A stretch of 64,000 nucleotides of DNA from a virus (Duplodnaviria > Heunggongvirae > Uroviricota > Caudoviricetes). Under the pieces are notes generated by a model that saw only the letters and a list, made by a program, of their open reading frames with translations, was not told where the DNA came from and did no database searches. This document shows positions 19,299 through 29,693 of this stretch, piece after piece (within the stretch, counting starts at the first letter, position 1; each line of letters begins with the position of its first letter). The stretch lies in IMG/VR virus record IMGVR_UViG_3300033068_001916; one strand, given 5' to 3'. The translations under genes were made by a program, and so were the position numbers.

Positions 19299-19734
19299 CA
19301 TCATGAAAATCGCAATAGCACAGGCTGACGTACCCAATTTAATAGGAAATGTCTACACAGAGGAGGCTATAAGTAAGATGTATGAAAAAGCCAAGGATGC
19401 AATAGAGAATGGATTTTTTGGAGGAGAGCTAATACGTGATGGTTTTGATCGTGCATATGGGGAGGCCACAGATTTATCAAGAGCTACACACCAAATAACA
19501 AATGTTGATATAATCGACAATTTCCTTGTTGCAGACGTTTCGTTTATTGGAACAAAAGATGGTGAGCTTGCTAAGAATCTAGTACTAACCGCAGCTGGTG
19601 TATTAAGACCAACCGTTCTAGGTAGGCTTGATAGCATAACCAGAGAGATAGATATAGATAATGTAATTAGTTTTGATGTGATACAATATCATGAAGATTT
19701 TAGATTATATGTAACTTGGAAACAGATAAAATAA
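19291..19734 (+). CDS. hypothetical protein
   Basis: ORF. Confidence 0.5.
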   Translation: MDNIMKIAIAQADVPNLIGNVYTEEAISKMYEKAKDAIENGFFGGELIRDGFDRAYGEATDLSRATHQITNVDIIDNFLVADVSFIGTKDGELAKNLVLTAAGVLRPTVLGRLDSITREIDIDNVISFDVIQYHEDFRLYVTWKQIK

Positions 19735-19735
19735 G

Positions 19736-19936
19736 ATGCCTCAAAAATACAACATAGGTGCAAAATTTGACAACAGAGCGGATAAAGGTAGACTCCATAA
19801 GATAACTTTTGAAATTATTGGGTATGAAGAAACATTATCTGATGATGGAGATGACCACTATGAAATATTTGATGGTATTTACTTAAGAACCTGGATAAAA
19901 CAATCTAACCTAGATAAAATGTACGAAATAAAATGA
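19736..19936 (+). CDS. hypothetical protein
   Basis: ORF. Confidence 0.4.
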   Translation: MPQKYNIGAKFDNRADKGRLHKITFEIIGYEETLSDDGDDHYEIFDGIYLRTWIKQSNLDKMYEIK

Positions 19937-20307
19937 CAGATAAAATATTTATATTCATACTACTAATACATTTCCTTGCTGATTTCGGATTACAAACGGA
20001 CGATCAAGCAAAAGGAAAAAGCACGGACCATAAATGGTTAACATATCATGTTGCTGTATATTCATTAATATGGTTAATGGCCTCATGGTTTTATTTTGGT
20101 GACTTTAGACAAGCACTATTTTTTGCTATTGTTACATTCATTTGTCACTGGATTACTGACTTCATCACAAGCAGGGTTGGTAAACCCTTCTGGGAGAAAA
20201 ATGATTATCATAACGGATTTGTTGTTGTCGGATTTGACCAGATACTGCATTATATTCAGCTATGGTACACTTTTAAAATTATATTGGAGGCAAATGGGAC
20301 AATATAA
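19933..20307 (+). CDS. membrane protein
   Basis: Several hydrophobic segments. Confidence 0.5.
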   Translation: MTDKIFIFILLIHFLADFGLQTDDQAKGKSTDHKWLTYHVAVYSLIWLMASWFYFGDFRQALFFAIVTFICHWITDFITSRVGKPFWEKNDYHNGFVVVGFDQILHYIQLWYTFKIILEANGTI

Positions 20308-20530
20308 TGAGAACCACAAGAAAAAAAAGATAAAGAAGGAACTAAAGAAATGCATAGATTCGATTGATTATTTTCGAGAAAATTATATTGACGTGATAGA
20401 TCCACTATTATACGGGAAGGCATTTCCAAAAATTGAGGGCTTTGAGGGCAAGGTGATAATAACATCAACACCGCTAGGTAACAACCAATTTAAGGAACTT
20501 TGGGAAAAAAGCAAAAAAGATCCGGAATAA
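20294..20530 (+). CDS. hypothetical basic protein
   Basis: Start trimmed to the internal ATG of the listed 20096..20530; followed by a terminator hairpin. Confidence 0.4.
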   Translation: MGQYNENHKKKKIKKELKKCIDSIDYFRENYIDVIDPLLYGKAFPKIEGFEGKVIITSTPLGNNQFKELWEKSKKDPE

Positions 20531-20556
20531 TTTTTTTATTTCGGATCTTTTTTTTA
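20518..20556 (+). terminator. intrinsic terminator
   Basis: Stem agatccggaataa/ttatttcggatct followed by a T-run. Confidence 0.5.
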
Positions 20557-20562
20557 TATTTG
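20533..20562 (+). promoter_or_regulatory. conserved phage promoter
   Basis: tttttttatttcggatc ... TATATTTG at 20555-20562. Confidence 0.5.
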
Positions 20563-20578
20563 CATATAATTTAATGAT

Positions 20579-21325
20579 ATGAACGAAGAATTATTCAATA
20601 AAGGACTTCCTAAGTGGCCAGCATTAGTTGTTGTTGGTAAACCAGTTACTGAACAACAGGCGATGGCTATAAATGTAATGACGGATCGATTTAGCTTCTG
20701 CTCAAACGATAGAGAATTCGAAAAAGAGATCCATAAATTGATCTACGGTATAGATGCATCATGGAGTGATCTTACAGACGCAATCAAAGAAAAATACAAG
20801 CTCGAATTTAATGATGCATGGGATTTTAAAGAAAAGGAAGCTATAAAATATGGTGTTTTGGAGCTTAATTATTTAAGCAATTCCAGAATACTTTCTTCGT
20901 GGGTAGGAGGTCCGCACGGATGGTGCAACTGGGACGGTACTATCGGATCAAGCAACTATAACATAGGAAAATACCCAAGCGTACAGGACGTCTATGATGA
21001 CTGTGTTAAATTAGCAGAGGCATTTCCGTTCCTTGAGATGAAGGTTCAACTTATGAATCAAGAGGCTAGTGAGGATACTGAAAAAATGGAGGCTGTTGTT
21101 GAATATTCAATAAAGGATGGAGTGGTTGATATGTACGAACCGTCGGAAATTCTAGAAACCCCATATTTTGGTAGCGATAGCATGTTCGAAAGATTTAACA
21201 ATCCACATGCGGAAAGAGGCTGCACAATAGAGAAGTTATCAGAGGCACTTAAAGTTAGTGAGCTGTACAGCTCAATTAACGAGAGATTAACTAAAGACCA
21301 GTTTTGGAATAATATAAACTCATAA
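20579..21325 (+). CDS. hypothetical protein
   Basis: 248-aa ORF after the conserved promoter. Confidence 0.55.
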   Translation: MNEELFNKGLPKWPALVVVGKPVTEQQAMAINVMTDRFSFCSNDREFEKEIHKLIYGIDASWSDLTDAIKEKYKLEFNDAWDFKEKEAIKYGVLELNYLSNSRILSSWVGGPHGWCNWDGTIGSSNYNIGKYPSVQDVYDDCVKLAEAFPFLEMKVQLMNQEASEDTEKMEAVVEYSIKDGVVDMYEPSEILETPYFGSDSMFERFNNPHAERGCTIEKLSEALKVSELYSSINERLTKDQFWNNINS

Positions 21326-21336
21326 AAACAAAAATA

Positions 21337-22242
21337 ATGATAATAAATCTTTCTGAACCGTGCAGCTACGGTATAAAATTTAAAGTCTCTAAATTTCCTG
21401 ACGGACAACAATCCATCACCATATTAGAGGGCGAAGTTCTCAAACATGAAATGTTTGAGAAAATGGAGCCAGTGGTAATAAAGTCAAGGATAACATCCTT
21501 CCTAGATCTTGAGCTAGTTATTTGTGCAAACAAAGCTCTTAGAGAGCTTGGAGTTAAAAAAACTTCCCTAGAGATATCATATCTATTGGGGGCAAGATCT
21601 GATAGAAAATTTGAAACAGGTAGCGTTAATTACATTAAAGAAGTACTTGCTCCTATTATCAATTCACAGAAATTCACCAGGGTAACAATACTTGATCCTC
21701 ATTCCGATGTGACAGAAGCTTGTATCAAGAAGTTCAAAAAATCAACACAAATCACTAGTGGACTGATAACATTTGTTCTTAGAGATTATTTCAATAACGG
21801 AACCATCGATTATTCAGGAATGCGTTTAATTTCTCCTGATGCAGGGGCTCTCAAAAAAGTTTATGATGTTGCCGAGTCTATCGGATACAGAGAAGAAATA
21901 GTTATAGCTTCCAAACACAGGGACGTTAAGACTGGAAAAATAACACATACTGATGTTCCAGTAAACGTGGATGATCTAGATATAGATTTCTTTATTCTAG
22001 ATGATATAATAGATGGAGGACGCACATTCATCGAGATTGCTAAAGCTCTAAGGGAAAAAGGAGCGACTGGTAAGATTTTCCTTGTCGCAACGCACGGAAT
22101 TTTTTCAGCTGGTTTAAAGCCATTAAATGAGAACTTCGATGGGATCTACACAACGAATAGCTATGTTGATATCAGCGATCCAGAATTCTCACTGAGAAAC
22201 GATAACGAGCTTCATAAACTTAAACAATTAAAAGTAATATAA
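21337..22242 (+). CDS. prs: ribose-phosphate pyrophosphokinase (PRPP synthetase)-like; may instead be an ADPR-PP synthetase of the NARP1 type
   Basis: PRPP-binding loop FFILDDIIDGGRTFIEIAKALREKGA versus vLVDDmIDTGGTl; N-terminal KFPDGQQSITILEGEV versus rFsDGEi.v.i.esvRG. Length is 301 aa. Confidence 0.65.
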   Translation: MIINLSEPCSYGIKFKVSKFPDGQQSITILEGEVLKHEMFEKMEPVVIKSRITSFLDLELVICANKALRELGVKKTSLEISYLLGARSDRKFETGSVNYIKEVLAPIINSQKFTRVTILDPHSDVTEACIKKFKKSTQITSGLITFVLRDYFNNGTIDYSGMRLISPDAGALKKVYDVAESIGYREEIVIASKHRDVKTGKITHTDVPVNVDDLDIDFFILDDIIDGGRTFIEIAKALREKGATGKIFLVATHGIFSAGLKPLNENFDGIYTTNSYVDISDPEFSLRNDNELHKLKQLKVI

Positions 22243-22244
22243 TC

Positions 22245-22457
22245 ATGATAGAAAAAGCAGCAGAGTCATTATTCGCTGGTATAGCGTTATTGGTTGTTTT
22301 AATTTGCTCATTGTGTTTGTGCATAGGTATTTTTTTAGGAAAAACCATATGGGACACCGGAGGGTTTATCGAATCTAAAACTGTAATACAGCCGATGATC
22401 AAATTAACAACAGACGGAAAAAAAATTGACACATTGTACGTTTATAAAATCAAATAA
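22245..22457 (+). CDS. small membrane protein
   Basis: TM-rich ORF. Confidence 0.4.
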   Translation: MIEKAAESLFAGIALLVVLICSLCLCIGIFLGKTIWDTGGFIESKTVIQPMIKLTTDGKKIDTLYVYKIK

Positions 22458-22731
22458 AATGAGAGGTATGTTAGAAATTATAATTATAGGATTGGTATTA
22501 ATAGCAGGATTCCTATTTATCGGAGATACTGAGATTTCATTCTCCCCCTTTAGCATCAAGATGAATGCCCCACTAAATGCAATAGGATGGTTTTTATTAT
22601 CAATCGGGGTTGCCTGTATATCTGCTAATTCGAGACAAAAAGGACACAAGGAGGGAACAAAAGAAACACTAGATAATATAGTTGTTCATATCAGCAAGAA
22701 TGGGACAACCAAATCAGAAGATCTTAAATAA
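22426..22731 (+). CDS. small membrane protein
   Basis: TM-rich ORF. Confidence 0.4.
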   Translation: MTHCTFIKSNKMRGMLEIIIIGLVLIAGFLFIGDTEISFSPFSIKMNAPLNAIGWFLLSIGVACISANSRQKGHKEGTKETLDNIVVHISKNGTTKSEDLK

Positions 22732-23330
22732 TGAGCAAAGGATCTAAAGAATGTATGTATTGCGATGGTGAATGTAACAAGTACTGTTTGCACGAGGATG
22801 CAAGGAACGAACCAATACATCCCACATACGTAGAAATTAAGGGAGATCTAATTAAACTTGCAATGAAAGGTAATTTTGATGTTATATGTCACGGAGTAAA
22901 TTGCTACGCCACAATGGGAGCGGGAATAGCACCTCAGATGGCTAAAGCATTTGGATGTGACAAATTCCCATTAGAAGGTCAACAACACAGAGGTGATTAC
23001 AATAAACTCGGACAGATTGATTGGAAAGTCAATACCTACACAGGAGGAACTAGCGAATTTGATTTTTTTGAATTTGATTTAGCTGTTGTTAACATATATT
23101 CACAATATGGATTTGGATTAAATCACGAAGGTGGAACAGCTAAACCTATCGATTATGATGCCCTCAGATTGGGACTCAGAAAAATAAACCACCAATTCAA
23201 AGGTAGACACGTAGGACTTCCACAGATTGGCTGTGGTTTGGCCGGCGGGGATTTTAATGTTGTTAGAAGAATAATCCAGGAGGAGTTGAAAGATTGTAAA
23301 GTAACTGTTGTAATATACGATAAAGAATAA
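22731..23330 (+). CDS. Macro-domain protein (ADP-ribose binding or hydrolase)
   Basis: GDLIKLAMKGNFDVICHGVNCYATMGAGIAPQMAKAFG matches the Macro motif D.ivNaaN..l..GgGva.ai..aaG. Confidence 0.6.
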   Translation: MSKGSKECMYCDGECNKYCLHEDARNEPIHPTYVEIKGDLIKLAMKGNFDVICHGVNCYATMGAGIAPQMAKAFGCDKFPLEGQQHRGDYNKLGQIDWKVNTYTGGTSEFDFFEFDLAVVNIYSQYGFGLNHEGGTAKPIDYDALRLGLRKINHQFKGRHVGLPQIGCGLAGGDFNVVRRIIQEELKDCKVTVVIYDKE

Positions 23331-23740
23331 TGAGGATAGTTTTCAAAAACAAGTATTCAGGAGACAAAGTAATCCGAGTGAATGAGAAATATCATTTTCT
23401 AGACGGAGACAAGGTTTCACCCGAAACGATCAGGAACGGTGTCATCGACAATGGTGAGGATTGGGAATTACTAGAACCAAGACGAGATCTTTATATAAAA
23501 TTAAAGAACGAAAGGGGAAAGGATTATTTTAGAAGTTTCGCTAGAGGAATCGAATACCATTCAGGGGACAGCATTACAATTGAAAGGAACATGTCATTCG
23601 GTGACGGGAGGAGGGATTTTTACATAAAGGACTTCTACATATCAGACAAACCAAATGAATCTGGTCTCTATGAGTTCATATATGCAAATACCACGTGCGG
23701 AAGAGACATACATCTTAGTAGCGTTATAATAAAACCATAA
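23330..23740 (+). CDS. hypothetical protein
   Basis: ORF. Confidence 0.45.
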   Translation: MRIVFKNKYSGDKVIRVNEKYHFLDGDKVSPETIRNGVIDNGEDWELLEPRRDLYIKLKNERGKDYFRSFARGIEYHSGDSITIERNMSFGDGRRDFYIKDFYISDKPNESGLYEFIYANTTCGRDIHLSSVIIKP

Positions 23741-23757
23741 TAAATAAAATATAATAT

Positions 23758-23961
23758 ATGTCAGTATTATTGAGCGAGGAAGAAGCGGAACAATTATTCG
23801 GAGAAATTGACAACGAGGGACTTAGTTACTGGGTTCAGCACTACGGTTACAAAGGTGAAGAAGACCTGAAATTAAAAGAACTTTGTGAGAAAGCCAAAGA
23901 AGCAATGAATGCTTTGGAGTCTCACATAGAAAAAATATTTGAAGAATACGAAATAGTATAA
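23758..23961 (+). CDS. hypothetical protein
   Basis: ORF. Confidence 0.4.
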   Translation: MSVLLSEEEAEQLFGEIDNEGLSYWVQHYGYKGEEDLKLKELCEKAKEAMNALESHIEKIFEEYEIV

Positions 23962-23963
23962 AA

Positions 23964-25040
23964 ATGGAAAAAAATAAACAGTTTTTAAAAGATTACTTAA
24001 ATGCATTTTCACCAGTTGGAAATGAAATCGAAGGCCAAAAGGTATGGGTTGACTATGTTAAGCCAATCGTTAATGAAATGAAAGTTGACGCATATGGAAC
24101 AGCATATGGTTTAATTAAAGGTTCGAATAGTGATAAAAAAGTGGTTCTGGAAGCACACTGTGACGAGATCTCATGGATTGTTACTGAAATTGAATCGAAC
24201 GGTATGGTGAGGGTTAAAACCAACGGAGGATCAGACAATATGATTGCACCATCGATGACAGTTATGGTTCATACACACGCAGGTAAAAAAGTACCTGGAG
24301 TTTTTGGATGGCCTGCTATTCACGTAAGAGAAAAAAGAGTTGAGATGGGTCCGGAAGTTCATGAACTTTGGATTGATCTTGGAGTTGATAGCTCAAAGAA
24401 AGTTTCAAAACTTGGAATTGAGGTAGGAAATTGTGTTACATTCGATCAAAAATTCTTTGAAATGGGCAAATACTACGTCGGTAGATCACTGGATAATAAG
24501 ATTGGTGGTTATATCATTGCAGAGGTTGCTAGGGAACTTAGAGAAGAAGGGACAATTCTCCCATTCGATCTTTATGTTGTTAATGCAATCCAGGAGGAAG
24601 TTGGTTTATTTGGTGCTAGATTAATTGCACAAACAATCAAGCCGGACATCGCATTGGTTCACGACGTTACGCACAACACAAACTCTCCTAAGATGAACAA
24701 GGCAAAATCTGGTGACATCAAGGGTGGTTCGGGTCCAGTTATCGAGTACTCGTCTCAGAATCACAAGGATCTAATTAATATAGTTAGAGATGTGGCTAAG
24801 GAGAAAGAGATACCATTGCAACTATCTGTTGGTTCTTATGGAAATGATACAGTGTCTTTCTTCTTAGAAAACGTACCTACTGTGATCGTAGCTAGTCCGT
24901 TAAAGTATATGCATACTACAATAGAGATGGTACATAAAGATGACGTATCGGCTGCAATACGGGTTTTTAAAGAGACGTTAAAAAAGTTGACCACTGGTAC
25001 CATAGTTACCATCAACGATCAAACACACAAATACGTATAA
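23964..25040 (+). CDS. M42-family metallo-aminopeptidase-like protein
   Basis: AHCDEISWIV ... SLDNKIGG resemble M42 (FrvX/YsdC) blocks; length is 358 aa. Confidence 0.45.
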   Translation: MEKNKQFLKDYLNAFSPVGNEIEGQKVWVDYVKPIVNEMKVDAYGTAYGLIKGSNSDKKVVLEAHCDEISWIVTEIESNGMVRVKTNGGSDNMIAPSMTVMVHTHAGKKVPGVFGWPAIHVREKRVEMGPEVHELWIDLGVDSSKKVSKLGIEVGNCVTFDQKFFEMGKYYVGRSLDNKIGGYIIAEVARELREEGTILPFDLYVVNAIQEEVGLFGARLIAQTIKPDIALVHDVTHNTNSPKMNKAKSGDIKGGSGPVIEYSSQNHKDLINIVRDVAKEKEIPLQLSVGSYGNDTVSFFLENVPTVIVASPLKYMHTTIEMVHKDDVSAAIRVFKETLKKLTTGTIVTINDQTHKYV

Positions 25041-25041
25041 T

Positions 25042-25290
25042 ATGGCAATATCACCAGAGTACCTGAATAAGGCCTTTATTAAGCAGGTCGATGCATTTGA
25101 AGTTAAATTGGATGAGGCACTAACCAAAAAATCTATAGCAAAGGGGGATACAATTAACCTGGATGCTCCCAGTGGCATGAGTGGAAAACATTTCGATTTA
25201 CTGAAAACCAGATACATCTCAGCCGGATGGTCCGATGTTAGATTGAATTCAGATCAGAGAGAAGGTACATGGATAACTTTTTATTATTAA
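25042..25290 (+). CDS. hypothetical protein
   Basis: ORF. Confidence 0.4.
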   Translation: MAISPEYLNKAFIKQVDAFEVKLDEALTKKSIAKGDTINLDAPSGMSGKHFDLLKTRYISAGWSDVRLNSDQREGTWITFYY

Positions 25291-25304
25291 TTTAATACTG
25301 GGTT

Positions 25305-25475
25305 ATGCCGAGAATAGAAATTAAGGATTCAAAATTAAGCTCAATTATGAAAAAATGCGAGTCCTTAAAATTGGATCCGAAAAAAGTCAAAATAGAAACC
25401 GCAATATTCGAGGATCTTTCTAATCCAGATGAATATTACACTAAACTATATTTGAGATACGATGATAAACAATAA
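25305..25475 (+). CDS. small hypothetical protein
   Basis: Unlisted 56-codon ORF in a gap; overlaps the next start. Confidence 0.3.
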   Translation: MPRIEIKDSKLSSIMKKCESLKLDPKKVKIETAIFEDLSNPDEYYTKLYLRYDDKQ

Positions 25476-26166
25476 GGAAGCAATAAAGGAGATAATAGAT
25501 TCTGGTGGGACAATAAGATTCCCATACAAGACAAATTTGAAGGATTGGTACTCAGAGATATCAATATTCAGATTTGATGATCGCTATCACGTCACACCAG
25601 GAACGAATTTCTATTCCTGGGATGGTGCAATAAGCTATTATTTCGGAATGATATTGGCACCGAAAAATGCTGCCTATGTTATAGAAAGACTCAAGAGAAG
25701 AGGAATCGTCTGTGATCTGGAGGATCCAGACGAAAGCTACCTAACTGAGTTTAAGAAAGAAAAGAAGAAGGTCTCCGAGGATTTCAAAAAATTGGACATC
25801 ATACACCAGAAGGTTGGGACAAGAGATGAAATGGAGGATGCTTTGAAAAAAATAATAGAAGGCGTCCAGGAGAATCAATTTCCATCATCGCTGTACAGCG
25901 ATCTTAGAACATTCTTAGATGTGTATTCTCTAAACCTTCCTCATGTTAGCGTCTCTTTCTGTTATTCCATTAATACTCAGGATAGCATTTTTAGGCATGG
26001 CGAGGAATTAAAATGTCTGACACCAGATACACTTAGGAAAGCAAAAGATTTGAGTATATTTCAAAATCCGGATGATGTAAAATATCTACACACTGAATTA
26101 TCCATCTCATATCAACCAAAGGAGGGTGGAGGTAAAATTTATAAAAGATACGAACTTAAAATATAA
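25462..26166 (+). CDS. hypothetical protein
   Basis: 234-aa ORF. Confidence 0.5.
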   Translation: MINNKEAIKEIIDSGGTIRFPYKTNLKDWYSEISIFRFDDRYHVTPGTNFYSWDGAISYYFGMILAPKNAAYVIERLKRRGIVCDLEDPDESYLTEFKKEKKKVSEDFKKLDIIHQKVGTRDEMEDALKKIIEGVQENQFPSSLYSDLRTFLDVYSLNLPHVSVSFCYSINTQDSIFRHGEELKCLTPDTLRKAKDLSIFQNPDDVKYLHTELSISYQPKEGGGKIYKRYELKI

Positions 26167-26172
26167 AAAAAA

Positions 26173-26652
26173 ATGAAAATAACAGATAAATACGTATTTT
26201 TCTGGAATGGAATTTACTCCCAATGGCACAAAGCAAATATGGTCATTGATAAAATAGAATATAATTCATGTGAGCAATACATGATGCACCAAAAAGCATT
26301 GTTATTTGATGACGAGGAAACTGCAGAATTAATCATGCAGGAGAAAAACCCAAGGGAACAAAAGAAATTTGGAAGAATGGTTAAGGGATTTGATAAATCC
26401 GTTTGGGAAAAGAATTGTCTAGCTATTGTATATGAAGGAAACCTATCCAAATTTTCACAGAATGATGGTTTAAAGAAAGAGATGTTATCAACTGGTAATA
26501 GGTTTTTTGTAGAAGCTTCACCATTTGATACAGTATGGGGAATAGGTATGGATGAGAATGCACAAGGAGTTGAGGATCCATCATATTGGCTAGGGCTTAA
26601 TTTATTAGGACAAGCATTAACACTCGTTAAAAATGAGCTTCGAGGATCTTAA
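26173..26652 (+). CDS. NADAR (YbiA/DUF1768) domain protein
   Basis: FFWNG.YSQWH ... EQYMMHQKALLFDD ... KFSQN..LKKEMLSTG...FVEASPFDTVWGIGMDE ... LGLNLLGQAL aligns along the E. coli YbiA/NADAR fold. Confidence 0.7.
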   Translation: MKITDKYVFFWNGIYSQWHKANMVIDKIEYNSCEQYMMHQKALLFDDEETAELIMQEKNPREQKKFGRMVKGFDKSVWEKNCLAIVYEGNLSKFSQNDGLKKEMLSTGNRFFVEASPFDTVWGIGMDENAQGVEDPSYWLGLNLLGQALTLVKNELRGS

Positions 26653-26962
26653 GAAACAGGCACTCCTGTTTGTTTACTGGTGTAACAAACTAAGAGAAGG
26701 TGGTTTTATAGAAGGAGGACCAGTCATAACAGAAAAAGGATTTGATTCGGCGATGGATCTCGTCGAATCAGGTGTTAAACTAGATGAAAAAATTGCTATA
26801 AAATGTGCAGATGAACTAAATGTTGACATTAGAGTTGTTGATCTTGTTATGGAAATGCAGAAGGTTGGTTATACAGAATTTATAGAATTAGCTAAAAAGC
26901 TTGAGGGAATGTCGGATAGCGACATGATTAAGGATATAATGGATAACATTAATAAAGAATAG
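26633..26962 (+). CDS. hypothetical protein
   Basis: ORF. Confidence 0.45.
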   Translation: MSFEDLKKQALLFVYWCNKLREGGFIEGGPVITEKGFDSAMDLVESGVKLDEKIAIKCADELNVDIRVVDLVMEMQKVGYTEFIELAKKLEGMSDSDMIKDIMDNINKE

Positions 26963-26964
26963 TT

Positions 26965-27744
26965 ATGGGATTGGACATTTATTTAAAAAGGTATGATGAT
27001 TTTAAAGCAACGAGGGAAGCTGAGAAGGAATATTCAGAGCTAACAGATAAGATCTGGGAGATCGGCGTCAAATATGACGATCTAACAGAGGAGCAAAAGG
27101 AATCATTTAGAGCACAGGATGCAGAAAATGCAAAAAGACTGGGGCTTGATAAATGTGGATGTGACGAGACCAATGTTGAATCGATTGAGATGCCACATCC
27201 GGATTATCCAGATCACTATTTTAAAATTGGATACTTTAGAAGCTCCTATAACGATAACGGAATTGAGAGAATCCTGAAAAATCTGGGTGTACCAACTTTA
27301 CATGACATATTCTCTGCTACTGGCGAAGATTATTACGTTCAGCCAAACTGGGAAACAGCATTGGTTAATGTTAATTCAGCAATAGAAAAACTTAAGGGAG
27401 AACCACCATACAGAATCAATGCTGTTGGCGCTAATATATTCTCGGAACCTGAGGTAAACTCCGCAGAGGATGCAATGAGGATTCTGAGAAGAAGATTGAG
27501 TGAGAGTGGAAAGGATTACAATTACTCCTGTTCCGAAGGGGAATTCATGTTTTCCGAACCAGCTAAGGTAATTGCATTCATTCCTGGATTTAACCACGTA
27601 TTTAGAAAAACCCCATGTGTTTATGTGGTAACAGAAAGTGACAATTCGTGGTACATCCAGGCGTTGGAGATAGTTAAATCTACTATTGAATATGTGTTAA
27701 CCAAGGATAAAAGAGAACAATATTATTTACACTGGAGCGGATAA
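26965..27744 (+). CDS. hypothetical protein
   Basis: 259-aa ORF. Confidence 0.5.
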   Translation: MGLDIYLKRYDDFKATREAEKEYSELTDKIWEIGVKYDDLTEEQKESFRAQDAENAKRLGLDKCGCDETNVESIEMPHPDYPDHYFKIGYFRSSYNDNGIERILKNLGVPTLHDIFSATGEDYYVQPNWETALVNVNSAIEKLKGEPPYRINAVGANIFSEPEVNSAEDAMRILRRRLSESGKDYNYSCSEGEFMFSEPAKVIAFIPGFNHVFRKTPCVYVVTESDNSWYIQALEIVKSTIEYVLTKDKREQYYLHWSG

Positions 27745-27746
27745 TC

Positions 27747-28322
27747 ATGAGACTAGAAGATACTAAAATAAATCCGGAAATGGAATCATTCATGGCATTC
27801 GAATTTCCGATAATTAGAAACGTGAGCGGAAAGACAATAGCTGATTCCTTAGAATCTATTACTCCAAAAGCTCCTGGAAAAATTAAGAAACAATATGAAA
27901 ACCATTGGGGAGAAACTGTTACTCAGTATGAAGGAAGCATTTTTAGCAATATTAAAAGCAATGGGTCTCACCTTATCTTTGGCGACAGAGGGCACGCCTA
28001 TGGCTCTGGTTATTACGTGGTTAACGAAAGGGATGAAATGGTTTATTCCGGCAGTGAAGAATATACTGAGCTTGTTGAGAAATGCTCTAAATACTGGGAA
28101 GCAATGGAGATTCTCCGCAGAAAATACAGGCTCCCAGAATACTCAGTTGAAAGAGGAAGGGGAGATCGTCTCTTTGTCAACGATAAAATCATCAAGGGAA
28201 TCATTATCCACCCAGGGTCATTCCGAGAAGGTATTAGGTCATTCTTAGATTTTGCTTTTGGGTTGATAGATGCTGAAATTGAATCAGGAAGAATAAAACC
28301 GGGGGAATTTGGAATAGAATGA
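27747..28322 (+). CDS. hypothetical protein
   Basis: ORF. Confidence 0.5.
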   Translation: MRLEDTKINPEMESFMAFEFPIIRNVSGKTIADSLESITPKAPGKIKKQYENHWGETVTQYEGSIFSNIKSNGSHLIFGDRGHAYGSGYYVVNERDEMVYSGSEEYTELVEKCSKYWEAMEILRRKYRLPEYSVERGRGDRLFVNDKIIKGIIIHPGSFREGIRSFLDFAFGLIDAEIESGRIKPGEFGIE

Positions 28323-28663
28323 GAAAGCCAGATGAAATAAGAAAGGAGATAGCTGAACTTGAGGCAGAGTTATCTGAATCGATAATGGAGAGCGAATGGA
28401 AGCTTCTATGTAAATCCGATGTGGAAGGTGATAGCATAGGATCTTTCAATTTAAAAAAAGCAAGAACAATATTAAAGTATCTATACAATGGATATCGTCT
28501 TCAGTTAAGACACGAAGCTCTTGGTGTATATGAGGTTTATATGAATCCACAGAGAAATAGAATTCTATTAAACGCAGAGAGTGAATCAGTTAACGAAGAA
28601 TCCATCATGGGATTCATAGTGTGGCATTCAGGAGATTGGTATGTTTTTAATTCAGAATTATGA
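28319..28663 (+). CDS. hypothetical protein
   Basis: ORF. Confidence 0.45.
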   Translation: MRKPDEIRKEIAELEAELSESIMESEWKLLCKSDVEGDSIGSFNLKKARTILKYLYNGYRLQLRHEALGVYEVYMNPQRNRILLNAESESVNEESIMGFIVWHSGDWYVFNSEL

Positions 28664-28989
28664 CCAGAGGATATGCAAAAAAATTAGCAGAAAGGGTAAC
28701 AAACCAAGAGCTAAGAGATATGTTTTATAATGCACAAAGACACCTCATTCAATGGGGAGGATGGGATAAGGCAAGCAAAAATAACAAATCAATATCTGTA
28801 GCTTGTGCATTTAATATACTCTCATGCGGAGTTGACAATGAAGATTTTCTATCTAAAAAATTGAATGATATTGTTAAGTTCAATATGATTAGAGAATTTG
28901 GCGAGCATTTACCGGATTACATACCGGAACAAAAAGAGGTAAAAAAGGATATAAAGATTATACATCACGAACCTAAATTTTTAAAATAA
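28660..28989 (+). CDS. hypothetical protein
   Basis: ORF. Confidence 0.45.
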   Translation: MTRGYAKKLAERVTNQELRDMFYNAQRHLIQWGGWDKASKNNKSISVACAFNILSCGVDNEDFLSKKLNDIVKFNMIREFGEHLPDYIPEQKEVKKDIKIIHHEPKFLK

Positions 28990-29225
28990 TGACATCAAAG
29001 GATTTCTGTTATTGGATTCAGGGCTTTTTCGAGCTATCTGAATCTGAACAATTAACACCTAGACAGGTGGAGATAATTAAGAACCATTTAAAATTGGTTT
29101 TCTATCACGAGATAGATCCTTCATATTCAGACGATCCCGAAATACAGGATGAAATGCAGGCAATTCATGACGGAAAACCTGAGAGGAAAAGAAATAACCC
29201 AGGAAACATATTAGTAAAATGCTAA
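28989..29225 (+). CDS. hypothetical protein
   Basis: ORF. Confidence 0.4.
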   Translation: MTSKDFCYWIQGFFELSESEQLTPRQVEIIKNHLKLVFYHEIDPSYSDDPEIQDEMQAIHDGKPERKRNNPGNILVKC

Positions 29226-29236
29226 AATAGATCGAT

Positions 29237-29440
29237 ATGATTAAAGTAATTTGGACACCAGAAAAGAAAGAAGCTGCAATTGATAAATTGACTAAATATT
29301 TCGAAAAACATGGGATTGGGGAAATGATTATGCAGAGCGACGATGGACTTATAGAAGCACCAGAGGTTCTTTCTGACATAGCTGATGATATCCTAATTGA
29401 TAACGAGGGTATAATTTTTGAAGACGATGACGATGAATAA
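29237..29440 (+). CDS. hypothetical acidic protein
   Basis: ORF. Confidence 0.4.
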   Translation: MIKVIWTPEKKEAAIDKLTKYFEKHGIGEMIMQSDDGLIEAPEVLSDIADDILIDNEGIIFEDDDDE

Positions 29441-29693
29441 GCTTCAAACATTTGTAGTTTGGTTGGATGGGTTTCTCTCAGCTACAGGAGACAATTTAAC
29501 AATAGATCAAACAAGAACAGTTAAAAAGAAATTAAATGATCTTTTTGAACATGAAGCAGAACCACCAAAAAAGGCAAATCCTACATTAGCTGATCTCGGA
29601 AAAGAACACAATTTCGAAGTTAACCCAGGATTTCCAGGTGAAACTAATGGATTCCCAGGAAGGGACGAAGAAGGTGTTCTCTATAGATGCTAA
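29418..29693 (+). CDS. hypothetical protein
   Basis: ORF. Confidence 0.4.
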   Translation: MKTMTMNKLQTFVVWLDGFLSATGDNLTIDQTRTVKKKLNDLFEHEAEPPKKANPTLADLGKEHNFEVNPGFPGETNGFPGRDEEGVLYRC